In this document: positions 1 through 12,058 of the stretch, one piece after another
Numbering within the stretch: position 1 is the first letter of the stretch
Layout of the letters: each line of letters opens with the position of its first letter
Assembly: GCF_964213995.1 (NCBI RefSeq)
Contig: NW_027590122.1
Span: 2,046,001 to 2,110,000, forward strand
Direction: 5' to 3'
DNA length: 64,000 nucleotides
Source of the DNA: Mustelus asterias
Lineage: Eukaryota
Notes under the pieces: generated by a model
What the model saw: only the letters and a program-made list of their open reading frames with translations
Database searches by the model: none
Told to the model about the DNA's origin: nothing
Made by a program: the position numbers and the translations under genes

Positions 1-304
1 TTTCTCTCTCTCAACCTTTCTCTCTCTCAATCTCTCTGTCTTTCTATCTCAATCTTTCTCTCTCTAAATCTTTCTCTCTCTAAATCTTTCTCTCTCTAAA
101 TCTTTCTCTCTCTCAATCTCTCTCTCAATCTCTCTCTCTCTCAATCTCTCTCTCTCTCTCAATCTCTCTTAATCTCTCTCAATCTTTCTCTCTCAATCTC
201 TCTCTGTCTTTCTGTCTCTCAATCTTTCTGCCTCTCAATCTTTCTATCTCTCAATCTTTCTATCTCTCAATCTTTCTCTCTCTCAATCTCCCTCTCAATC
301 TTTC
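1..304. repeat. (CT)n-rich degenerate microsatellite with CTCTCTCAAT-type units
   Basis: Repeated tctctctcaatct / tctctctaaatct units running up to the N gap. Confidence 0.95.
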
Positions 305-711
305 NNNNNNNNNNNNNNNNNNNNNNNNNNNNNNNNNNNNNNNNNNNNNNNNNNNNNNNNNNNNNNNNNNNNNNNNNNNNNNNNNNNNNNNNNNNNNNNN
401 NNNNNNNNNNNNNNNNNNNNNNNNNNNNNNNNNNNNNNNNNNNNNNNNNNNNNNNNNNNNNNNNNNNNNNNNNNNNNNNNNNNNNNNNNNNNNNNNNNNN
501 NNNNNNNNNNNNNNNNNNNNNNNNNNNNNNNNNNNNNNNNNNNNNNNNNNNNNNNNNNNNNNNNNNNNNNNNNNNNNNNNNNNNNNNNNNNNNNNNNNNN
601 NNNNNNNNNNNNNNNNNNNNNNNNNNNNNNNNNNNNNNNNNNNNNNNNNNNNNNNNNNNNNNNNNNNNNNNNNNNNNNNNNNNNNNNNNNNNNNNNNNNN
701 NNNNNNNNNNN
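305..711. other. Assembly gap (407 N)
   Basis: Run of N. Confidence 1.
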
Positions 712-1060
712 CCCCCCCTGGGTTTTGCCCCCCCCCCTGGGCTTTGCCCCCCCCCCTCCTGGGCTTTGCCCCCCCCCCTCCTGGGCTTTGCCCCCCCCCC
801 TCCTGGGCTTTGCCCCCCCCCCCCCGGGCTTTGCCCCCCCCCCTGGGCTTTGCGCCCCCCCCCCCGAATTGCCCGCCCCCCGAATTGCCCGCCCCCCCGA
901 ATTGCCCGCCCCCCCGAATTGCCCCCCCCCCGAATTGCCCCCCCCGAATTGCCCGCCCCCCCGAATTGCCCCCCCCGAATTGCCCCCCCCCCCCGAATTG
1001 CCCCCCCCCCCGAATTACCCCCCCCCCCGAATTCCCCCCCCCCCGAATTCCCCCCCCAAT
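712..1060. repeat. C-rich tandem repeat with two unit types, GGGCTTTG(C)n then CGAATTG(C)n; G-quadruplex-prone on the minus strand
   Basis: About 6 ctgggctttgccccc units followed by about 13 ccgaattgcccc units with variable C-run length. Confidence 0.9.
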
Positions 1061-4015
1061 CCCACTCTAATCACCCCCCCACTCACTCTCAGGAACTCAC
1101 CGCCAAAGCCCTCTGAGCCACTCCCAATCCTTCTCAACCCGCTGCCCTCAATCTCCACTAATTCCCTCCCAAAACTCCTCTTTCCCCCACCTGATTCCCT
1201 GTCCCTCTGCCCGATCTCCTTTAATTCGACTCTGTAAGCACACCCTCCCCCCGCTCAATCTCTCTGACACCCACTGCCAATCTGACTCTCAGCCCCCTGA
1301 ATCCTCCAAGTTCCTGCCCCAAATCCTCAGCCCAAAGGCTCCCTTTGCCCCCCCTGCCAAAATCAAGCCACCCAATCCTTCCTCAGTCCTCCCCACCCCT
1401 GAATCCCTCTGAGTCACCCCCCCACTCCGAATCGCTCGACACCCCCCCAATTCTAACCCTGATGCAAGGCCCCACCCTAAATCCCTCTCTGAATTTCCCC
1501 CCTCCCAAATCCCTATAAATCCACCCCGCCCTCAATCCCTTTCCCTCCACCCCGACTCGCCCCCCCCGCTAACTCCCTCTGTCTCCCTACCCCATCCAGA
1601 CCCTCCCCAGATTCTAAGCCCCTGAGATTCCTCTGGAATCCCCCCTGAATGTCTCCCGAGATCACACCCACCCTCGCCACATTCCTCTGCCCCCGAATCC
1701 TGCTCCCTCTCCAATCCCACCCCTTCAATCTGTCTGAGCACCAAACCATGTCTTTTAATCCCCGTAAACCCCCCAATCCCTCCTGTATCCCTCAGAACCC
1801 CAGAAATCCCCCTCTGAGCCCCCTCTTCCCAAATCCCCCTCAATTCCCCCCGATTCCCTCCCTCTCAGCCCCGCTAAATCCCAAAGTCCCCATGAGACCC
1901 TTAAATCCCCCTGAATCCCTCTAATTCCCGACCACAATCCCTGAGTCTACCCCTACATCCCTCTCCACTCTCCCCCTTTAATCCCCCTCAATCCCCCCCC
2001 CACTCCAGCCAAATCTGTCGTCCCTCCTCACAATCCCTCTAAATCTCCCGATCCTTCCCTCTGAGCCCCGTATCCCTCTAAGTTCCCCTCTTTCCCCCCC
2101 CGCCCCTCTCAACCTGGCAAATTCCCACTCCCTCCCTGTGAACAGCCTCTGGACTGACAGATCCCCCCCTTTCTAATTAGTACCCCCCCCCCCCCCCCCC
2201 CGCGCGTCCATCCCCGTCCACCACCCCCCTGTAAACAGCTCCTGGTGGAGTTGGATGTGGAAACTCTGCCCATTTTAAACATTAACGTTCAAATGACTAA
2301 TTCCCTTGACACTGAGCAGCCTGTGTTATAACATCCCCCACCCCCATCCTGTACAACAGACCCCCTGTCTGATTCCCCCTCCCCCCTCCTCCATTGCCCC
2401 CTTTCTCTGATAACCCCTGACTCTGGTCAGCCTGTGTTATAATATCCCCCCCTCTTGTACAACAGCCTCCCCCACCGGCCCCTTCCCTCTCTGTCTAATA
2501 GCCCCGGCTCTGAACAAACCCCTGTATTACACACTCCCCCCCTTTCAGCAGTGCTGAATCCCTCTGAATTGCCCCCGATTCCCTCCCTCTGCGTTCCTGG
2601 GCCCTTGCTGCTTGTGAACAGCAAACCCGTGATCTGGCCCGTCCCCCACGAGAGAGCAGAGAGAGAGAGAGATATAAGAGACAGAGAAGTAGAGATATGG
2701 AGATAGAGAGAATGCTGCTGTAATTCAGACAGAATGATTCACAGAGAGGGGGAAGCAAAGATCAGAGAGATGGAGATGGGGAGGATGCGACTGTAATTCA
2801 GACTGATTCACAGAGAAGGAAGCAGAGATCAGAGAGAGGGGGAAGCAGAGATCAGAGAGAGGGGGAAGCAGATAGAGAGAGGGAAGCGATAGAGAGAGAG
2901 ATAAGAGACAAATAAAAGCAGAGTTAAAGTTAAAATTTTATTTGTTAATCACAAGTAGGCTTACATTAACACTGCAATGAAGTTATTGTGAAAAGATATA
3001 GAGATGGGGAGTGAGAGAGAATGCTGCTGTACTTCAGACAGAATGAGTCACAGAGAGGGAGCAGAGATAGACAGAGGGGGGAGCAGAGATAGAGAGAGAT
3101 GGAGAGGAGGCTGCTGTGATTGAGATAAAATGATCCACAGAGAGAGAGAGAGAGAGATGTCCAGAGAGGCTGAGATACAAAGTGAGATGTCGAGATAAAT
3201 AGAAAGTGGGGCTTTGGCAAGACAGAGTGACAAAGTTTCAGAGAGAGTGAAAGATAGAGAGAAGGAGAGAAAAAGGGAAAGATGCTGCCATTGTGAGAGG
3301 CTGAGGTATAAAGGATGGGGAGAGACCGGGATTGGAAAGATGTGGAGAAACAGTTCTGAGGATGGGGGAGTTGCACAGACAGAGCTTCAGGGAGAGGGAT
3401 TGAAATCTGTGGGATTACATTGGAGCAGGGATCACTGGGAATACCCCCCTCCCCCTGACACACAGACCACTAACCCTCAGTGTAAAAGCCCCACCAGTCT
3501 ATCTGTGAATAAAAATGAACGACAAAGACACGGGGACTTTTATTGATATTTTTCTCTCTGGTTATAGCTCTTGTCCGAGGATTCCTCACGGCAAAACTAT
3601 TCGCTCTCTGCATCGCCAAAGTTTCCAAAGGAATTCTCCTTGGAAGAGAGAAAGAGAAAATAAAGTGAAATTTGATTAAACACAAAACAAAAGCTGATTA
3701 TAAACAATAAAAGGCACAGCAAGATCCCAGGACTTGCTGAAATTCACAATCTCACTGGGGGGGTGGGGGAAACATTCATTTTCACCTCCTCATTATTAAA
3801 CCCTGACAAAATGGGAACACGTTTCAAATGCAATGAACTTCCAACTGCCTCCTGACTGTCCCGATATTGAATTTATTAAACACATCAAAGCATTCTGGGG
3901 GCTTTACTCCAGAGACAGGCCAGTGAATAAACACAGGAGGCCCCAATGAAGTTCCCACTTCTATCAGTCACCTCTCCCCCCCCCTCTGTTTCTCCCTCTC
4001 CGTCTCCTACACACT

Positions 4016-4151
4016 TCCCCCAGATCTATATCTGTCCAATACCCCATCTCTGCTCCTGTCTCTGGATAACCTGTCCTGATCTCTGCTCTGTTTCTCTATC
4101 TCGAGGCGAATCTGGATTGAAATGCTCTCTCTAAGTTTCTGTCTGACCGTT
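4016..4151 (+). repeat. Local duplication, copy A1 (paralog at about 5144-5292)
   Basis: ccccagatctatat...ccaataccccatct...ctggataa.ctgtcctgatctctgctctgtttct...aagtttctgtctgaccgttt is present twice. Confidence 0.85.
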
Positions 4152-4564
4152 TAAAATAAAACTCACAATCAAAAGGGAAATGAGAGGGGGGGGGAGGCGC
4201 GGGGGGGCAGGAAAATCCACAATCCCACCCTGAAGCGGCTGCTTCACATTTTATTGAACCATTGAATTCAGCCACTTAAACCCTGTTGGGGAATTAAGCG
4301 AATGCAAAAGTGCTGCTGAGATTTAGGCCGTGAAGTGCGGCCTAGTCACAGAGGCTGCATTATTCCTCAGGTGGAAAGAACAAACCCCCCTCTCTCCCAC
4401 CCCCAGTTAAACAGAACAATCTTCTCCATCCACACCCACAAATCCCAGCGCCCTGTCTAAAAACACAAGCAGGACTCTGGGATTGAGAACAAGCCTTTCC
4501 CCCAGGCTCAGGAATTTGAATTTCAGCTCCCTCTCCCTCCTGAGTGCTTCACAGTGAGAGGGAG

Positions 4565-4940
4565 AGAGACTGGGAATGCTGCAATCAGGATCCCACAGGG
4601 AGTCCCACACTGCAGGAGGACACCTCCCCCCCCCCCCCAGAGCCTCTGTCTCTATCCCCCTACCCCCCTCCACTGAGCACCCAACACTCCCCACCCCTTC
4701 TCTGTTCACCCTGTTTCTCTCTCTCTCTCTACCCCACCCTCCTTCCCCTCCATCTTTTTATGTTTAAAGCATGGGGCTCTGTCATAGTGTGAGGAATATG
4801 GGGCAGGGGGACGGAGCATGAGTGCACAGCAAGATCCCACACACACACAGCTTGAACACGGCCAGATACAAAGTGATTTTGAAGTGAGGATTGGGGTAAA
4901 GTGAGTGGGAAATGAGGGAACCACACGTCTCCCTCTCTTT
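4565..4940 (+). repeat. Local duplication, copy B1 (paralog at about 7115-7475)
   Basis: gagactgggaatgctgcaatcaggatcccacagggagtcccacactgcaggaggacacc...gggaaatgagggaaccacacgtctccctctc is present twice. Confidence 0.9.
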
Positions 4941-6308
4941 CCCCTCCATCTCTCCCCCACCGCAAATGAAAATAATAAGTCACTCCAGCATTGGGGCTGT
5001 TTGTACATTCGATATGAACAGGGAACCTTCCCCTTCGAGCAGAGTCACACCCTTCTCCCATTCCCTCTGTCTCTCGCTGTTTCTCTCTTTCTCTGCCTCT
5101 ATCTCTGAACCTGTCCAGCCCCCTCTGTGTCTCTTTTGCTTTTCCCCCCAGATCTATATATATATCCAATACCCCATCTTTGCCCCGGTCTCTCTTACTC
5201 TGGATAATCTGTCCTGATCTCTGCTCTGTTTCTCCGTCTGGGGATGAATGGGGATTAAAATGCTCTCTCTGATAAGTTTCTGTCTGACCGTTTCAAATAA
5301 TGACGTGTTGTGAGCCACGTTTGCTATTTCTCAGTGATTTCCATGGGGAAATGGGGAGGGAAGCTCCTGCAAAGCCACATCTCTCTCTCACTGCAATGTG
5401 GCAGCAGCCACATTCCAATATCTTTATATTGGGAAAAAATCTATTCAAACACAACAGCACAGATTCAGCCTCAGTCACACAGCCGCTGGTTACAAATCCC
5501 ACCTTCTGGGAGGGTGTGAGTGAGGGTCTTTTCCCCAGAGACTGGGGAGCTGGGCTGTGAGTGCAGAGCAGAGGACCCACCCCCCCCTCCAGTGTGTCTC
5601 CTCTCCCTGCCCCTCTGCCTTTGATCTCCCTCTGTTACCCTCCCTTTCTCTCTCTCTCCCTCCCTGATAACTCACAATCAAAGGAGAAAGATGGGAGAGA
5701 GAGAGAGATAGCAGGAAAACCCACAATCACATCCCCAATCCGATGGAATAAAGCGGCTGCTGCAGGTTTTATTCGGCTGCTTTTCTCTCTCTCTCTCTCT
5801 GTCTGTCTCTCCTTCCCCCACTCCCTGTCTTTCTCTGTCTCTGTCTGTCTTTCCCTCCCTCCCTGTCTCTCTCTTTCTCTCTCTCTGTCTTTCCCTCCCT
5901 GAAATTAAATCCAAAAAATTCACATTGGTGTTTTCCATCACATTTTATTGAAAGATGAAATATAGACAGGAATGTCTGGGGAGAGAGGGGAGGGGTGCTG
6001 GGATTGGTAAGAACGCTGGAGAGACAGAGACAGGGAAATTATGAACCCCCCCCCCCCGCCCCCCCATCCAAATAGAAATTCCTGGGAAAAGAGGGAGGAG
6101 AATCTGGAGTCACACAGCACAGAAACAGGCCCTTCGGCCCACCAGGTCTATGCTGGCCATCAAATTCCAATCTATACTCCCCCCATTCCCCAGCACTCGC
6201 TGCACAGCCTACGATGCCTCGGCGATTGAAGTGCTTTAATTTACCCGACCCCGTTTACACTTCTTCCTTTGAACCCACTTTGCGGTCCGTGAGCGAGATT
6301 TTGTTTAA

Positions 6309-6402
6309 TAAAGTGTGGTCACTGTTGCAGTGCGAGCAAAGGCCACAGGCCCAGTGTGTGCACAGCAAGATCCCACAACAACAGCAGCAGCAACAATGTG
6401 AA
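6309..6402 (-). mobile_element. Deu-domain SINE remnant (SacSINE1/AmnSINE1-like)
   Basis: aagtgtggtcactgttg...gtgcacagcaagatcccacaac...caatgtga resembles the antisense Deu domain as I recall it; the core cacagcaagatccca recurs near 3716, 4825 and 7365. Confidence 0.55.
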
Positions 6403-6739
6403 CCTGAATCAAATGGGACACAGTCCTCCCCAACACCCCCCCAACACTCTCGCCTGCTGTGAGCCCCCTTCCCCACTCACTACCCTGTGTGTCTCATCCC
6501 AAATTCCCAGAAAGGGTTGAACTCCCTCTTAAAACGAAGCCAAACCCTTTTTAAAACACAATCTCTGTGGTGCTCTGGAAGATCCCAGAAGGTGCAGTTC
6601 GCTGTGTTGAGTGTGTTTTAATTTGGGAAATGTTTATACAGAGGGAGAGTGAGGCAGAGAGGGGCTGAGGCTGTGAAATCCACCCCCCCCCCTTCGCCCC
6701 GGGACCCTCAGAATTGAATCATAACGTGTAGGGCCACAC

Positions 6740-6812
6740 GGGGGCACAGTGGTTGGCGCTGCTGCCTCACAGCTCCAGGGACCCGGGTTCAATTCCCAGC
6801 TCGGGTCACTGT
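6740..6812 (+). mobile_element. tRNA-derived SINE head (HE1/V-SINE-like)
   Basis: ggcacagtggttggcgctgctgcctcacagctccagggacccgggttcaattcc with A-box and B-box; similar heads at about 25940-26003 (-), 50283-50370 (+) and 60867-60970 (+). Confidence 0.8.
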
Positions 6813-8434
6813 GATCCTGTGTCTCTTCCCCCACCCCCTCACTGCACCCCCACAAACCTCACCTCTTGCTGTCTTTTCCTGTTTTCCTCCTCACTCTCCC
6901 CCTCTCTCTCTCCCACTCCCTCCATCTTTCTCTCTCACTCCCTGTCTGCCTTTCTCTCTCTCTCCGTCCATCTTTCTCTCTCTCTCTCCCTCCATCTTTC
7001 TCTGTCTTTCTCTCTCTCTCCCTCACACTGTTTCTCTCTCTCTTTCTCCCTGCCTGTCTCTCTCTCTCTCTCTGTCTTTCCCCCTCTTTCTCTTTCTGTC
7101 TCTCTCTTTCTCTCAGAGACTGGGAATGCTGCAATCAGGATCCCACAGGGAGTCCCACACTGCAGGAGGACACCACCCACCCCCAGAGCCTCTGTCTCTA
7201 TCCCCCTACCCCCCTCCACTCAGCCCCCGACACTCCCCACCCCTTCTCTGTTCCTCTCTCTACCCCACCCTCCTTCCCCTCCATCTTTTTATGTTTAAAA
7301 TGTGGGGCACTGTCACAGTGCGGGGAATATGGGGAGGGGAGGAGGGGAGACAGAGAGCATGAGGGCACAGCAAGATCCCACAGTCTGAGCAGGGCCAGAT
7401 ACAAAGTGATTTTTAAATGAGGATTGGGGTAAAGTGAGTGGGAAATGAGGGAACCACACGTCTCCCTCTCTCTCCCTCCACACGAGAGACCCCCAGATCC
7501 TGTGTCTCTTCCCCACCCCCTCACTGCACCCCCCCACAACCCTGACCTCTTGCTGCCCTTTCCTGCTTTCCCTCACTCTCCCGTCTCTGTCTCTCTCTCT
7601 CCCTTTCTCTCTCTCTCTCTTTCTCTCCCTCTCTGTCTTTCTCTCTCCCTTTCTTTCTCTCTGTCTCTCTCTAATATGGTTATGAAGTTGCATATAGGGT
7701 AAAACATCTGGTGTTTGACAAATGTAAATATTGAAAAGAAATGCTGAGAAAACCAAAACAAACCATCCAGCGTTGTGTCTTTAGAAAGCCTGTGTCTTTG
7801 TGCTGGGGATTTTAAACTGCAGAAAGCAGGCTGCAGAAGACAACTTTACAACATTTGTGTCCAAAGCAGCAGCCAGAGTCCCAGCAGAGCAAAACAGGCT
7901 TTGAATTGGGTCAATGATTTTAAAACAAGCTCTCAAACACACACAACCAATTGCATTCAAATTGGAGCGTTGGTGACAGCCTCAAGCCACTCAAATTGCA
8001 GGAATACTGTGAGGAAATTCTGGGTATTTAAACCCGGGACAGGGGGAAATAACGGGGAGGGAGCGACCTTGCTGCCTCTTTAGATTGAAGGAGGGAGAGT
8101 CTGATACTGAATCCTGCAGTAATATATACAGCTTCATCACATCACCATCTAAATAGAAGCAGAAACGAACTCAGAAAGTATTCCAGACCCAAGCAGCAGA
8201 AGAAAGTTCACACTTCCAACAGACGCCTGGTATTATATTATTTGAGGGTGACTCTATTCTGAAATGATTTATTTCATTATTCCTGAGTGAGTCTTGTCAT
8301 TGGAACAGCATTCTACTGGGGAGTTTATTCAGTTTGTTCATTGTTTTAATAAGGTTGTCACCCAGTCTAAATTAAAGACCTGTTAGTTGTTCCTGATACA
8401 GAGAGTGTCAGATCCTGCTTTAATTTACCAATTC

Positions 8435-8596
8435 CTCCCACAGCACAAAGCTGTGCGGGTTGGGTGGATTGGCCATGTTAAATTGACCCCAGTGTCAGGG
8501 GGATTAGCAGGTTAAAAGTGTGGGGTCATGGGAATAGGGCCTGGTTGGGATTGTGGTCGGTACAGACTAGATGGGCCGAATGACCTCCTTCTGCAC
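8435..8596 (+). mobile_element. HE1-like V-SINE, 3' part
   Basis: ctcccacag...gtgcgggttgggtggattggccatg.taaattg.ccc V-domain plus CR1-like tail gatgggccgaatgacctccttctgcac. Confidence 0.75.
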
Positions 8597-8789
8597 ATCT
8601 GTCTAAAACCAGTAGCTTTCTCCTGTCTCACACACACTTACTTAAGATTACGATGCGAGGTGTATCCATTTAGGGGGTTACAAAATAGTGCAGAGGGAAA
8701 CATCACCTCAGAGTGGTAACAATATTTACAATCCCACAATCACACACCCACCCTCCCTTAGTCAATGAATGAATGATTCAATTGACTAT

Positions 8790-9616
8790 TGTAAGGGAAA
8801 TTGTATTAGATATTGTATGAGCTAGGTATGAAATTCAGATTCACAGGTTTTAGTAAAATGATATAGCAGATTTAGGTGAGTAGTGAGATGGGTATATAAC
8901 CTAAAGTAACCTCGTGTGACCGACCTAATATAATCAAGTGTAGTCGATATGATCAAAGTGGAGGAACTAGAGGAACTAGAGAAGTAATATAGCAATCACT
9001 AATTAAGGAAAGCAAACAATAGCCACCTGGGAAAACAAGGAAGACTGCTCGGTGGTTCAACTTAATAGTGGACCATAAACCAGCAGAGAGAATGTCTTTT
9101 CTTCTAAACACATTAGTGGACCATAAGTCAGCAGAGAGAATGTCTTTTCTTCTAAACACATTAGTGGACCATAAATCAGCAGAGGGGATGTCTTTTCTTC
9201 TAAACACATTCGGCCTTAGCCTGCAAAACCACGATTATTGTACAAACAGAAAAGTTCAGATAAGAGCAAGAGTTATAACCACCATGGTTTAAGAAACGAA
9301 GAGATATATCAGGGAACGACCAATTGCAAAGAAAACAGATAAAGAGTCAACTAAAAATAATGGTGGCCAAAGAAAGATCGGGCTGTAGGGTAAGATAACG
9401 ACCAAGGACAGGCTGTAAAAGGGAGATAAGGATCTTGAGATGTGAGGCTGAAATGTACATAAAAGATTGTAAGCCCAAGGGCTCTTTGGAGTGTTCCGGA
9501 CGTTCCCGACTTTATCGCTTGTACTGAGAAATAAAGTCTATTGCTTGGAAGATCGCTGCTCAGACTCTCTGTTTTAAACCGATGTGAACGAATTGTCGTC
9601 CTGGGGAACCACGACA
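8790..9616 (+). repeat. 5' LTR (827 bp)
   Basis: TGTAAGGG...CCACGACA; direct repeat of 17029-17856; CCAAT near 9320, TATA-like CATAAAA near 9458, AATAAA at 9530-9535. Confidence 0.97.
9066..9209 (+). repeat. 3 x 48-bp tandem repeat in LTR U3 (enhancer-like); also present in the 3' LTR at about 17306-17450
   Basis: tagtggaccataa.tcagcagagagaatgtcttttcttctaaacacat starting at 9066, 9114 and 9162. Confidence 0.95.
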
Positions 9617-9620
9617 AAAT

Positions 9621-9640
9621 TGGCGCTGCTTAGCAGGGTT
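9621..9640 (+). promoter_or_regulatory. Primer-binding site, tRNA-Ser-like
   Basis: TGGCGCTGCTTAGCAGGGTT 4 nt after the LTR; resembles the complement of vertebrate tRNA-Ser(CGA/TGA) 3' ends (TGGCGCWGYGAGCAGG) with about one extra base. Confidence 0.75.
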
Positions 9641-9732
9641 GGTGAGAGATCGCCCAGAAAAGCATCTGGAAGGAGTAGCGGAGACGGTGGTCCGACCGGA
9701 ACCGAGAAGTCCCCAGCCGGCCTTCTGTCAAC

Positions 9733-9741
9733 AAGGTAAGC
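9733..9741 (+). promoter_or_regulatory. Candidate major splice donor of the ERV leader
   Basis: AAG|GTAAGC about 100 nt downstream of the PBS. Confidence 0.6.
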
Positions 9742-10831
9742 AGACTTGCATGCATGTAAATCCTTGTTGTCAGAAAGGGGTTTTCTCGAGGCCCGGTGCG
9801 CCCGGCTCTCTGCTGGTCCTGGATCTCCCCAACCCAAAAAGATATCCTGCACAGGTAAAACCAAATTGTGTAAAAATTTTGAGAGACTGAGTCTGATCCG
9901 AAGAGCAGAATTTTTGCATGCAAAAGCGCGCTGCGAATACTGTATTGTCTGTGAATGGGTAAAAAGTGAGACGGGAAAAAGGCTGAAAGCTAAAGTAATG
10001 CAATTAGGTTAAGTCAAGCGGTTTGGAGCGGGTTTTTCAGGTCACGACTTGCCCAGAAGAGAGTAAGTGTGGGAAAATCTGCCAGTCCAAACCTACCCAG
10101 GACCTCGGGTAAGGGACGTCAACCGAGAGGGAGAGAGATCAGTGAGAGATCACTCTCTGACCTAATACAGTAGTCAAAAGCACAGGAGTGGATTTTAACC
10201 ACAGGAAAGGGGAGTAGCAGCTAGAATAGAGGAAGTAAAAGACCAATTTGAACAAACTGGTCTGAGAAAACAGCGTGAAGGACAGAAATAAGAGAGAGAG
10301 TCGGAATATAGGTAGGGTAATAACTAACAACTTGAAAAATTACCCTGACAAAACTGCCTGGTGACAAGATTGAAAATAACTAATCTTTGAATAATAACAA
10401 AAACGGAAGCAACACTGGATTGGAAAAAGATTACACACATAATTAACTTAGAGGAGATAAAGAATGAGTGGCCGTATGTAAATTGGGAAAGAGTAGTCGA
10501 CAGGAATTGGATAGACGAAATAAAATTGGAAACCCTAGAGAAATTAATAAAGGGATCTGACCGATACAGGATTCTTATACACATAGACGAGCAAGTGAAA
10601 ACCTACTACCCTCTGGCCCGGGAGAGGAAGATAGTGCCGGGACAGGGGACTACGGGGAAGTGGATATCAGGACCCCGGTTAGAATTACAGATAGTGGCAA
10701 AAGAAATCCAAAGGAAAGGTAAACAGGGGACTGAGCACGGAAAAACAATACAGCAAGTAATAATCACTGTAATACCTAACTCTGACGGACTAAGTGACAA
10801 AAATTGCGACAGTGATCCAAAAAGACGAGTA

Positions 10832-12058
10832 ATGGCGCACCAAGTTAAGACACCAGTGGAGATATTAGGGGATAAGTTCCCAGCCCTTAGGGGAGATATA
10901 GAACACGTCTCTAAAAAATGGGCCAAAAGAACAAATAAGACCAATACACAGTGGCCGGAGGAAGGCACATGGTCCATAGAGAGGTGTGAGGACCAGAAGG
11001 GAATGATAAAGAACTATAAGATTAAGGATAAATCGAGCAAAAGAGGGGAAAAGCGAGAAAAGGAGTTAGAGATATTAGCCCTATTCCAACAAGAAGGGAA
11101 AGAGAGAAGAGGGGTATGGAGGGGAGGTAGAATGCAGATGCCAGTACAACTTGAGGAAAAAGCAAAATTGGAAGATCCAAACGTAGCCCCACCCCCATAC
11201 TTAGAGAAACAGAGCTCCACGGGACTGTACCCAGTTATATCAGGCACAATGAATTTTGAGGGAGAATATGACATAGAACAGATGACGAAGGTGGAGAAGG
11301 GACACGGAGAGGGACATTCTAATAGACCCACTGACCAACTCCATGTTCCGGGCTGCAATCCTAGAGGGCTTGCCAGCCCCAGCTAAGACAAGGCTGGAGG
11401 AAGTGGTGGGCTTGGACTCAAAAAATTACCGAGAATTTGTGGATTATGTTGCCCATGCAGTAGAGAGACATCGCAAAGATGAAAAGAATGCAGACAAACA
11501 GCTGAGGGAGATACAACGTAAACTCCTTCAGGCACAGTTGGAGGAGATCAAAAGCAAGGATAAACTGAAGGCAAAAGAGGATCTCGCACCCAGAAAAATA
11601 GCACCAATGATGGTGGAGCAAAAGCCAGAGGAAATACCTGCACTAATCAAAGGGGGGAGCGGAGATGGAGGCCAGCCCGTCATAACCTATAACATTTCTG
11701 CCTTCCCACTGTCCATGAACCCAGAGCCTATGGCCTAAATTATCAAAACCCATACGCCCTGCAAAGTCAGACTGACTGGAATAGAAATGGGAAAGGACAG
11801 GGAGGTGGTAGGCCACCCTATCAGAATCAGAGAGGACAGGGACAGGTTAATCATCAGACTCCGAGACAGGGACCACTGCCTGGCCCTTCAGGTGTGTGTT
11901 GGGGGTGCGGGGAGGCAGGGCACATAAAAAGGAATTGCCCGCGGAATTTCCCCAGACAGGGAGAAAACCAGCAGCAGACAGGCCAACAACTGATCCAAGG
12001 ATCGCCAAACAGCATCCCGATGTTTCAAGGGCCGGTAAACCATCAGAATTCCCCATAG
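10832..12058 (+). pseudogene. gag: gag, internally deleted (most of CA missing) and frameshifted
   Basis: ATG at 10832 (MAHQVKTP...WPEEGTW, MA-like); PPPY and LYP late-domain motifs; CA C-terminal piece in another frame (11343-11700); CCHC knuckle CWGCGEAGHIKRNC at 11897-11938; TAG at 12056-12058. Confidence 0.88.

Noticed and set aside
725-1237. Proline-rich extensin/formin-like ORFs
   Set aside because: Open in all three frames because of C-run repeats next to a gap; no real ATG or other coding evidence
6740-6812. tRNA gene candidates with A/B boxes (also near 25940, 50283, 60867)
   Set aside because: No full cloverleaf or acceptor stem; they match SINE heads
2650-7700. Many Ser/Leu- or Arg/Glu-rich ORFs and a short polyQ ORF (6214-6462)
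   Set aside because: Translations of (CT)n/(GA)n microsatellites and a SINE remnant
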